From the NCBI RefSeq assembly GCF_018350175.1, contig NC_058368.1, positions 82,834,001 through 82,898,000 of the forward strand: DNA of 64,000 nucleotides, in the 5' to 3' direction. Within the stretch, counting starts at the first letter, position 1. Each line of letters begins with the position of its first letter. Below are positions 23,891 through 34,820 of this stretch, piece by piece. The position numbers and the translations under genes were made by a program. The DNA comes from Felis catus (Eukaryota). Below the pieces are notes generated by a model that did not search any database, was not told where the DNA came from, and saw nothing but the letters and a program-made list of their open reading frames with translations.

Positions 23891-24038
23891 TTGCCTGGGC
23901 AGGAGGCAACTGCCTGGGCCTGAAGACTACCTGCCAAGGTACACTGTAAACACTATCCTGGGAGAGGGAGGAGGAACCATTCATCTTGTAAGGCACAATA
24001 AACAAACATTTTAGAATCTCTTTAAAAAAGAGCATTTT

Positions 24039-24240
24039 GGGTCACCTGGGTGGCTCAGTCGGTTAAGCGCCCGACTTCTTAATCTCACAGTTCGTGAGTT
24101 CAAGCCCCGCATTGGGCTCTGTGCTGACAGCTTAGAGCCTGGAGCCTGTTTTGAATTCTGTGTCTCGCTCTCTTTCTGTGCTCCTCCCCCCACTCATGCT
24201 CTCTCTTCTTCGAAAATAAATAAGAACATTAAAAAATTTT
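24039..24240 (+). mobile_element. CAN-SINE
   Basis: gggtcacctgggtggctcagtcggttaagcgcccgac head and A-rich tail. Confidence 0.88.
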
Positions 24241-25345
24241 TAAAAAGAGTGTTTTATTCAGGTCTAGATTAGGACAACTTCCTGCGATACACAATCCTCG
24301 GTATAGAGTTATATACATTTTTTACGTTAAAAGTCCCATTTTATTATGCAAAGAATGTTTCCAAGAGTTGCAGACTTTAAGTTTCCAGTATATGCAGCCC
24401 TGTATGACTTTAATCTTGAAGGAATCAGGGAAGTTTCTTACTTTTTCTTATCTTTTTGTGTTAAGAATGCTCCTTTTTGTTATTTTATTTAATGAAGCAG
24501 ACATAGTGTGTGCTACAGACCTTGGTAAATGTTAAGTAGTTTCCGGAAGCCCAGGAGTAGGGTCCCCAAATGTTAAAAGTTGAAAATTTTCTTTACCTGG
24601 GAAAACACCTCCCACTCTCCCAAGTCCAAACTGTGACATGAACTTTTATCTACTAACACAACAAAACTTTCTTTGTGAAAAAGGAAAGTTGAACACCGCA
24701 TTAAATATACAGAAAAAAGACAAACAGCTTATTTACAAGAGAAGAAACATAGATGTCCAATAAATAGTGAAAAAGTCTTCAGCCTTAATAGAAATACAAT
24801 CCATACTCTTTAAGCCATAAATTTTAAATGTAGAAATGAGAGAATCTTTTCTCTGACCACTTAGTTTTACATATTAACTTTTGAGATTGTTACCTTTAAT
24901 AGGAAGTTATGGTGTAAAATTCAGTATAGGCATATATGTAGTGCTGTTTTTCTCATTTTAGGCCTGTATTTTAAAAGTATTGTAATAATTACAAGTGTTG
25001 CTGCTGTATCAGTGTTACCAAAATAACTTTCAACTCTTATTACTGTCGTTACCCCTAAGGCCTCCCCCTGGAAGGTAGTGTAATTTGTACTCACATCACA
25101 CAATTTCCAGTTAAAGAACTGGGTAGTGACCAGAGACTGATAGCAAGATAACAGTGTATTATTTCTTCAGTTGCTGAAGATCTGCCCTCCTGGGGTGGTT
25201 TGTCAATTTGTGAACTGTTTGCAGACACAGACTTGTTCTCAGCTCTGCTATCTGCAGATGGAAGTCCCTAGGGTCTGGACCTGGTTGCCAAGTGTGTGGA
25301 TGCCTCTGGAGCACTGGAGTTCTGAGTTTCTGTTATTTAAGAAGC

Positions 25346-25563
25346 TTTTTTTTTTTAAACATTTATTTATTTTTGAGAGAGAGTGTGTGTGTATGTGTGT
25401 GGAGGAGGGGCAGAGAGAGAGAGACAGAGACAGAGACAGAGGTTCCAAAGCAGGCTCTGTGCTGACAGCAGCAAGCATGCTGTGGGGCTTGAACTCATGA
25501 ACCTCAAGATCATGACCTGAGCCAAAGTTGGACGCCCAACTGACTGAGCCACCTGGGTGCCCC
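25346..25563 (-). mobile_element. CAN-SINE
   Basis: Typical body; TSD aagaagctt. Confidence 0.88.
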
Positions 25564-27064
25564 AAGAAGCTTCTGTGGAGCTTTTTACCTTCTGTTTTGA
25601 AATCCAATTTCAGAAACAAGGTTCATGGTGGCTGCAGGCCAGAATTTGGCTGTGGTACTTGGTTTTTTCCTCAAGTGTTAGAATGAGTTGTTTTAACAGA
25701 ACTGTGAACAAACAAGCCTCTAGCGTAGGGCACCTCTTGGAAGCCAAATGTAGATTGTGATGGGGCAGTAATTCGGTCCATTTTAGTGAGAATTTCTCTA
25801 TAAATGACAAAGTAACATAGCAACAAAATACCCTCTGCCATTATTTTGAATTGAAATTATGTAAGCAAAGTTATCATAGAGTATATGGATAATTCAAATG
25901 AACTCCCAATTATTGAAACCTTAGTCTTTTAGAGTCTGTCAGTATATTGCCCTAAACCTGAAGTAACCCAAGAAAGCACAAATTAGCCTCATAAAACCCT
26001 GTACTAAAACTAGACCTTACAGACTTTTAAAGTCCACTTTAAGTCTCCTATTTAGGAGACTTTAAGTCTCCTATTTAGCACATACTTCATAACTTATTTG
26101 GGTGTTTTCTCAATTCCTGCCAGATTCTAGGGTCTAAACTTGAAGTGGGGAGCAGGTGGATGCAGGAGAACTAAAGTTGCAGCAAGAAGTGATCACCTCA
26201 GTGTCCTTGGTGGAGGAGGACACAGCTGTACCTGTGCGTATACTCAAAGCTGACACAGAATCACAATTGCAAACACAGTGCAGTTTGTGAATTGAAGGTC
26301 TAAAATCGTACAGAATTTTTGTCAGAAAAAGGCAGACTTAAATTTCCAATCCAAACTAGAGCATTAACGTACATCTCAAGGAACATCAGAAAAATGACAG
26401 AGAAATAAATACAGACATTTACACGGGGTAACTGTGGCATTCTGTTTCTCAGTTTATAATTGTAAAGAGCTGCTCTTCACCTGCTAGTGTGTTTTGCCCT
26501 CTTAAGTCACATCTAGTCCTTCAATTCATTTCAACAACAGGGCTGCCTAGATTTAGGTGTCTCTGGTTTTCTGTCTTTCCCATAGAATATATAAGTTACT
26601 GATGTTAGTATTATAATGAAAGAATGATAACTTGTTCTTTGGGAGTTATTAGGGATAAACATTGTCCAATTTCAAAGCAAAAAGTTCAAATAGCCACAGT
26701 TCTCACATTTGTCTTTGATACAAGAAGGGGGCTTCTATAGAGGTCCATTGAAAGCTATGTCTCCTACTTTGCGAAGATCTGGCCTGCAGCTTGGATAGAG
26801 CAAACTGTGATGCTCTGGCCTTTCTGCTCCTTTCTTTTTTGACTATCTGGGCAGCTCTCTAGTCACTGAGAGTGGATTTTAGGTGAACAAGTGGCTGGAG
26901 TAGCTATAAGATCACCCCTCTCTGTCTTTAGGCCAGCCCCTGGGCCTTTCAGAGAGCTTTGTGTGTGGAAAGGGTGGACCTGTTTGCCTTCGCCTATTTA
27001 TTTGGACTGCCTGCCTTGCTTTCAGTTTGTTGTCCACCTCTGTGATGGTTAGCACTGGCCTTAC

Positions 27065-27253
27065 CAATATATATATTTTAAACTTATTTATTTATTTTGA
27101 GAGAGAGATAGCATGAATGGGGATGGGGAAGAGAGAATCCCAAGCAGGCTCTGCACTGTCAGCACAGAGCCTAGCATGGTGCTAGAACTCACGAACTGAT
27201 CATGACCTAAGCCAAGGTCAGCTGCTTAATTCACTGAGCCACCCAGGTGCCCC
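27065..27253 (-). mobile_element. CAN-SINE
   Basis: gagaatcccaagcaggctctgcactgtcagc...ctgagccacccaggtgccc. Confidence 0.85.
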
Positions 27254-28232
27254 TGCCCTTGGCAACATTAAAGGTAGTGTTCTTATTGTCCCATGAGTAG
27301 TTGGAAGCAAACAGACATTTCAGAAGTTCATAAAAAGGCCTAAGGGAGATAGATGTTTGTTCTGCCACAGAAACCAGATGATAGCTGTCTTTTCTGAGGC
27401 TACCAACTTCTTTTCAAAATTTAAAATGCAGAAGATACCACAAAACCAAAGACTATAGGGCCAAAACTTTGTAGTGTAATGTTTGGATTTACAACTTTTA
27501 CCTAGACTGACATGTTGACTCACTGCTTTTTCCTTACTCCTCAGGAAGCAAGCCTTCCTGACTGTGGGGGTTCCTTGAAGTACGTCATGGATGATGGAGG
27601 ACCCCAGGGCCATCCTCACTGTTACAGGATTTGTCCAATGCACCCAGGTGGCCACATGATTGATGTTTTCTCAGGAATAAAGCATTACATTGAAGAATCT
27701 TACATAATTCAGAAGGTTTGACATACTATGGAGAAAGAAAGGAACATGGAACTTGGAAATTAGCTGAACTCTAACTGTGAAGACACAGCTGAAGCTCTGG
27801 GAAATATTTTCTTGCTTGAAGTGGATCTATCCTTGCTTCCAGAGGGCAGCAGAGGAGGGGAAATCAGCTTGGACACATTTTTCAGGGCATCTTGGTTTGT
27901 TGAAAAAGAGGTATCATGATGCATTTTAATGTGCTTTAAGTTTATTTTAAAAGAAAAGCAAAGAGTGAACACCAAGCATGAATGCCATAGTATTTACTGC
28001 TTTCAACCATCTTGAACTGTTTGGTGCCATTCAAATCAAAGTTCTATAATAATGAGAAGGTCTATTCTACTGAATTACTGTGACTAGAATTAAACATGTA
28101 CTCAAACGCACACACTCACATTCACACCTCCATCTTTGAGCATCACTGCCATATAAACTGCAGTGAATTCCCAAACTGCAACTGATCATGTTATTTAATG
28201 AGTCAGAAAGCACTTTTAAAATCACCTGAGGG

Positions 28233-28725
28233 ATGTGGCATCTAGGTGGCTCAGTTGGTTAAGCATCTGGACTCCTGATTTCTGCTCAGGTCATCATATC
28301 ATGGTGAGATCAAGCCCCAGAGGTCATGATCTCATGGTCGTGAGATAGAGCCTCACATTGAGTTCTATGTTGGACTCCATGCTGGGAGTGGAGCCTGTTT
28401 GGGATTCTCTCTCTTCCTCTCTCTCTCTGCCCCTCCCCCGCTTGTGTGTGCACTCACTCTCTCTTTTATTTTTTTTAAGTTTATTTATTTTTGAGAGAGA
28501 GAGAGAAACAGCAGGGGAGGGAGAGAGAGAGAGAGGGAGAGAGACAGAGAGACAGAGAGACAGAGAGAGAGAGGGAATCTCAAACAGGGTCTGCACTGTC
28601 AGTGCAGGTGCTCGAACTCATGAACTGTGAGATCATGACCTGAGCTGAAACCAAGAGCTAGATGCTTAAGTGACTGAGCCACCCAGGTGCTCCCTTCTCT
28701 CTCTCTTTAAAAAATAAAATAAAAT
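28233..28725. mobile_element. Plus-strand CAN-SINE with a minus-strand CAN-SINE (~28465-28694) nested in its CT tract
   Basis: Outer TSD aaaatcacctgaggg; inner element in opposite orientation. Confidence 0.85.
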
Positions 28726-30292
28726 AAAATCACCTGAGGGCTACAGGTCATTTTATTAACACCACTCCCATTGGGTTGTAGACATGTGGATGTGCCATTA
28801 TAAGGTAAGTTAGAGTTGAAATATTACTAAAAACCCTTTTCTTGAGAGCTTGCAGGAGAATCTGGGAGCAGTATTTTTTCTTTGCACCATGTAGAGCTTA
28901 CCTGCACAAGGTTCTGTTCTCAAGTACTCAAAGAAGAGGAACCTTTGCTGGTGTGGATGGTGTTTCTGGTTGCCATGGTGATAATGGTTTGGGGATGTGT
29001 GGCGGTTGATGAAATAAATATTAACTTATAGTATTGAGTATGTCCCAGGTGCTGGCTTGGTATGAACTATTCTGCAGAGACAATGGCTGAGAATGAACAA
29101 AGTGAAAACCGGTCTGGAACACACAGGTAAGGGGTTGTGCAGAGTAGGGGGTAGGGGTCACAGCCCTGGCCAATTTACCTAGGTTCAGAAGGTGTGAGGG
29201 GTTGGTGGTGTTTCACCATAAGTAATTTCACAGAAGAATGGCTTTTGGATGTTGATGTATTTTGTAGTTGGTAGAGAAGTCGGAGAGAGGGCACCCCATC
29301 TGTCTGAAAGGATCTGCAAATCTCAATAGACGTGACAGCTGAGTGCTCTTAAGAAGGTACCTGGCTTTCACAGGGCTCACTTTGAGCCTGCACGCAGGAC
29401 TGATTAAGACAATAAAAAGAATTGTTCTAAGGATGGGGTATTGGAAGAATGATGCACCTTGTAATCTTGGGAAGAGGGTGGATCTGGAGTCCACTGTGGA
29501 GTTACTTCACGAGAGTGGTGGTGGACCTGCAGCGTCTGGCTGATGAGATACCGGCCTTTTTTTATGAAGTATGGGCGTGGTTTCTGTGACTTTGTTCTAA
29601 GGGCTGGAATTTCCAAGGAGCAGGATTGTTAAGATGTAGGTTCCTGTAAGAGTTGATGCCTGGGGAGTGGACAAGTCCCCTTTTGTTGCTGGGAAGTATG
29701 TCTCTAGCGGCTGGAGTGGGTATTACAGGCATCTGGTAAGTGATGGGGTGGTTACAGGGGACAGCAGGCTGTTGTCACTCATGATCTTAATGGATGCATT
29801 CCTTATGGAGAGATGTTAGATTTTATGGATAGGTATCCTCATAAAGTGTGATTGTTGAGTTTAATAGTAGATATATTTTTATTACTTCTATCAACCTCCT
29901 TGTAGTTGGTATTCCAATGAGCGGTGTGTTACAATATTGCCTGCGTTTTATGTATTTGCATACTGAAAATGTTGATGACTCCCCTACAAATTGTACGCTG
30001 GAACATCCAATTAATTATTAATACAGTTTTATTTTTGACAATGAAATAAGTGTCCTCCTGTGATTCTTAGCTTAAGCCAGGGGGAGGGAGCCCTGTTTGG
30101 TACCAGTAGTGAGTAATGATATGGGAAACTTTCAGCTGTTAATGTTTGTCAGCCTTGCTCCTGGGCTCCCCCGAGAAGCTACAATTTAACATTTACCAAG
30201 GTCAGAATGACCTGGCAGAACTTCAGAGCATGGACTCTATTTCTTCCCTGAGCACACATTGTATCTCTGCTTCATTAAACAAACATACAAAA

Positions 30293-30500
30293 GGGGCGCC
30301 TGGGTGGTGCAGTCGGTTAAGCGTCCGACTTCAGCCAGGTCACAATCTCGTGGTCCGTGGGTTCGTGCCCCGCGTCGGGCTCTGGGCTGATGGCTCGGAG
30401 CCTGGAGCCTGTTTCCGATTCTGTGTCTCCCTCTCTCTCTGCCCCTTCCCCGTTCATGCTCTGTCTCTCTGTGTCCCAAAAATAAATAAACGTTAAAAAA
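30293..30500 (+). mobile_element. Young felid CAN-SINE
   Basis: Typical body; TSD aaacatacaaaa. Confidence 0.92.
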
Positions 30501-30824
30501 AAAACATACAAAACAAACAGACAAAAAACCACAAAGGAGAATTTTGAACAGAAGATAAGAAAAAGAAAGAAACATCCCTGGTTCCCATAAGATTAAAGTC
30601 ACATAGCCCTGCACATACCAAAAAGATAAGATAAAGTCTGTAACTTTCTGGAATGTCCTTCGTCACATAGATTTGTAACTCTCTATTGAAAAACCATGTA
30701 ACCCTGTGCCAAATGTTCCTTCTCCTGAGCATTCTCTTCTTTGGGAATATTGTGTATGCTTGGCAGCAGCCCTAACTTGAGCTCAAATAAAACTCTTTTC
30801 CTTTCTCTTTAAAAGGGTTTCTTG

Positions 30825-31045
30825 CGGCGCCTGGGTGGCTCAGTCGGTTGAGCGTCAGACTTCAACTCAGGTCATGATCTCACAGCTCATGAGTTCGAAA
30901 CCTGCGTCGGGCTCTGTGCTGACAGCTCAGAGCCTGGAGCCTACTTCTGCTTCTGTGTCTCCCCTCTCTCTGCTCCTAACCCACTCTCATTCTGTCTCTC
31001 TTTCTCTCTCAAAAATAAACAAACATTAAAAAAATTAAAAAAAAA
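30825..31045 (+). mobile_element. CAN-SINE
   Basis: Typical body; TSD aaaagggtttc. Confidence 0.9.
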
Positions 31046-31430
31046 AGGGTTTCCTCATTTTGTGTGGATAGTACCATAGTCCCTCCTGGGGTACATTATA
31101 ACATTCTGTTGGGAGCCAAACTCGATATTTGTTATTGTGAAAGAATAAGGAGTCCATGAATTGTTTGTATCTTGTTTCATATTCCATGAGTCCTGGTCTT
31201 AGTTTCACACCTCCATGAATCACACAGGGTGTGTTCTCTGCAAAGGGTATGTTTGAGACAAAGGGCAGCCTCTGTGCAGCTGGCCAACTCTAGCATCAGA
31301 ATGCTGTCAGTAGGGAGTTACTGGGACCCTAACTCTGAACCTGTTCATGACACACAGAGTAAATAGATTCTAGGTTTATACCCTTTGGGGAGAAATTTTG
31401 TATCTATGATGACAACCTGAAGAAAATTTG

Positions 31431-31610
31431 TAACCTCTAACCTTTAGCCTACCCCCTAACCTGAACCCTGAACCTCGAGCCCAAACCCCAATCTGAAACC
31501 CTAGCCCTAAACCTTGAACTGCAAACCCAGATCTCTAACTCCAACCTGAATCTGAACCCTGAACCCAAAACCTGGACCTAAGCCCTGAACCTGGAAACCC
31601 TAACCCCTAG
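31431..31610 (-). repeat. Degenerate telomere-like hexamers (CCCTAA/CCCTGA on plus strand)
   Basis: cccctaacctgaaccctgaacc...aaccctagccctaaacc...aaaccctaacccctag. Confidence 0.7.
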
Positions 31611-32867
31611 CAGTGTTAACAATAGCCAAAATGTAGAAACTATGCAAATGTCCATCAGTGGTGAGTGTATAAACAAAATGTCATTAAGGTTTAGACTTAA
31701 GATTTTATTGTTAGGGCCATGCGTTGGGGTCAGTGGAAGGCTTGAGATCAGGGCCTGTGTTTCATCCCCCTTTTCCATCTCTCTGGCCCTCCAGATTGGA
31801 CAGGACTCACCCAGGATCACACATGCATCAGAGGTTGATCTGAACATCGGTCTTCTGCCCCTTCAGCCCCGGGTACTAAGAGAAGGAGAGTCAAATGTCC
31901 GCTTGGTCCCTGACTATTTCAGATCAAACTCAGACCCAGTCCAGCATTGTGGAGAGCCTCAGAGATTACACAGGATTCTTCCACCCTCTCACCTGGAGAG
32001 GGTGTTGCTAGCCACACTCTGCCTGGGCAGCCCTAGGTTTCAGCACAGCCCTGACCCACAGGGCACTCAATGGACATGTGTCGGTTTACATAGGTCTGAG
32101 TGCAGCATCCTATAAGACCCCATGTGCAGCCCTTCTTGTGGAATGGGAGGGCCCTCCTGGCACTGGCTGTATCCCTGGTCCCATTGGAGCCATCAGCAGT
32201 AGACAGTCAGGTCTCAGACAGGACAGCCCTTGGCCTCTGACCATCCAGGCAGGCATCTGTGGTCCACCAGCTCAGGTCCTAAAACCCCCCATAGCCAATT
32301 ACTGAGCTGACTGTGCTCTTGGCAACTTAACAGGTCTATGGGCAGTGTAGACCAATCCACAGGATGTTTCCATTCCCAACGTCTGTGTGGTTGAGACAAA
32401 TAACTCTTCCCTCCTAGCCTCCTATCCTGCCAAGAGATATAATAACCCTCCAAATGTTGAATGTGGCCTTGGCCACAAGAGCCACACAGCAGACTGGCCC
32501 TGTAGTCCTTGGCCTCTCTGTTGTAATGTAAGTCTTGGACATTTATACTTGTTAAGGATCAAGAATATAGGAGCAACTGTGTTTCCCAGCAGGCAGTTTC
32601 TCACTGAGGCTGCATGGTCTCAGAGAGCCACATGCATGACTCCAGGACCATGGCCACCAGAAAGCCTGCCAAGTGTGGATTCTGTGCTGTGGAATAATCC
32701 TGGAGTCTCCCACTCCTTCACTGAGCACTAATTTCCTTACCTTCCTCACATGTGGTCTCTGCTCTTTGTAAAGGAGAGAGAAGAGACTCGAAGATGGGAC
32801 AATTTGTTCTATGACAATGTGTAATTAATGTGGCCAGGCGCAGGTGTGACTCCTGGTCTCCTTCCGA

Positions 32868-33042
32868 GGGTTAGGCTTAGGGTTAGGGGTTAGGGTTAGG
32901 GTTAGGGGTTATGGTTATGGTAGGGCTAGGGTTAGGGGGTTAGGGTTAGGGTTAGGGTTAGTGTTCCAGTTAGGGTTAGGGTTAGGGTTAGGATTTAGGT
33001 TATCATTAGAATTTGGGTTAGGGTTAGTTTAGGGCTAGGATT
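32868..33042 (+). repeat. Interstitial telomeric sequence, (TTAGGG)n with variants
   Basis: Several runs of perfect TTAGGG plus TTAGGGG, TTATGG, TTAGGA variants. Confidence 0.95.
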
Positions 33043-34342
33043 ACGTCCCAGGTGGCTCCAGGTGCTGGACTCACCATAGGGCACTTGTCTCCCTGAAGGT
33101 CTGAGTGTAGTGGTCAGAGGAGGGTGCCATTTAGGGTTAGTCTTGTTTTGCAAGTCTTGAGACCTCTATGGGCCTATGGTCTGGTAGTCCTCAGGAATTC
33201 TGTTTTATATCTACATTCATGGTTGTGAAATGATATTGTGATGTTTCAGTTTACATGTCACGTATTTATCCACCATTTCTCGACCCCATTTGAGTTGTGT
33301 CAGTCAGTGGAATTGGTTCGCTATGCAGAGAGAGCCTTAGTTACCCTCTGATTTGGGGTCAGGGAAATCTGTAGCGCCGAAGTGGCACCAGTCCTGTGAT
33401 CTCTCTGGATCGATGAATTGAAGGCCCATGCATGTTGGGAGTTAGGTGTATGGTGCGGGTTAACGATGAGGTGAGATTTAGCTTAACGTGTATACCGAAG
33501 GTAACAGTTAAGATTAGGTTTGGTCATAGGAGGCTCTTGGTGCTATACACCCAGTAGGGAAGTTGTTTCCCCGCAGGGCTGATTGGGTGGTCTAAGGAGC
33601 ATCCCAGTGAGGCTGAGTTTTGGGTGCCAGGGTCACTCCTCGGTTAGACCTCAAGAAATCCCCTGTGGATCTCCTTCTGGTCTTTGGAAATGACACCGAG
33701 ATGTTCCAGGTTCCATGGCGAGTAATCTTCCTCTGCTTATGGGCCTCACGTCCATTGTGTCCTCAGACTTAAGAATTGGGTCCCCACTGGGGAAAACTTT
33801 AGCCAAGGTTAAGGTTCGGTCCAGTGGTGTTGCCAGGACCAAAGTGACACCAGTGCCGTGATCACCCTGGAAGGCTGAATGAGGTCCATGATTGTGCGGG
33901 TCATGTGTAGGGTTAGGTTTAGAGTTGGGGTGAGGTTTAGTTTGAGCGGTGTGCTGAGTGTCATGGTTTAGGTTAGGGTTAGGTCCCAGGAAGCTCCAAG
34001 TGCTGAAACTCCAGCAGGGTAGTGGTCTCCTCAGAGGATTGAGTGTAGGCCTCATTTGAGCAAGCTGTTCAGACTTAGTCTTTGCCAAGGCCAGCCTCGT
34101 GTGTGTGTGACATTTTCAGTTGAGCCTCATCAACCCCCTTGTGCAGCTCCATGCGGGCATTGGAAATATCATGATGATGTTCCATGTTCCATGATGAGTA
34201 ATCCTGCACCACTTTGGGCTCTTTGTTCGTGGTGTTTTCAGAGATAGGAATTGGGTCCCCAACCAGAGAGATCCTTAACTAGGGTTAATATTCTGTCCAG
34301 GGACTTCACCAGTGCCAATGTGACACCATTCCTGTGTGTCGT
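33043..34342 (+). repeat. About three highly diverged FA-SAT-like monomers
   Basis: Satellite landmarks (cccagg..gctccagg, cctcaggaat, gatgttccagg, attgggtcccca) recur at ~475-bp spacing (~33050, ~33530, ~33985). Confidence 0.8.
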
Positions 34343-34820
34343 GAGGGTTGTGTTAGGGTTTGGGTTTGGGTTTGATGTTAGGGGTGAGGGTTATGGTTAA
34401 GGTTGTTGTTAGGGGTTAGCGTTAGGGGTTAGAGTTAGGTTTATGCATTAGGGTTGGGTTTAGGGTTAGGGTTACTGTTTAGGGTTATGGTTAGGGGTTA
34501 GGGTTTGGAGTTAGGTTTAAGCATTAGGTTTGGACTTGGGTTAGGCTTAGGTTTAGGGTTAGGGCTTGGGTTTGAGAGTTAGGGTTATGTTAGAGTTAGG
34601 GTTAGGGTTAGGGTTAGGGTTAGGGTTTGCATTAGATTTAGGGTTAAGGTGAGGTCTAGGTCTAGGACATTGTTAGGGGAATGGGTCGGTATTTGGTTTA
34701 GGGGTTAGCGTTAGGGTTAGTGTTAGAGTTTTATGGTTAGGTTTAGGGTTAGTTTTAGGTTTTTTATTTTTAGGGATAGTTGGTTAGGGCCGGGTTAAGG
34801 TTTAGGGTGAGGGTTAGGTT
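34343..34820 (+). repeat. Interstitial telomeric sequence, degenerate (TTAGGG)n
   Basis: ~480 bp of TTAGGG and variants; five perfect copies at 34596-34625. Confidence 0.95.

Larger units (their letters stand above)
30095..31075 (+). mobile_element. Probable ERV LTR interrupted by two SINEs
   Basis: Purine tract agggggagggag before it; gagctcaaataaaactc poly(A)-signal context typical of ERV1 LTRs; family not identified. Confidence 0.35.

Noticed and set aside
23465..24014. YI/CV-rich ORFs
   Set aside because: Translations of the TA/CA microsatellite.
28880..29900. Possible ERV internal (env-like) remnant and an RFX-like GTTGCCATGGTGAT motif
   Set aside because: No convincing protein motif; a lone binding motif is not evidence of function.
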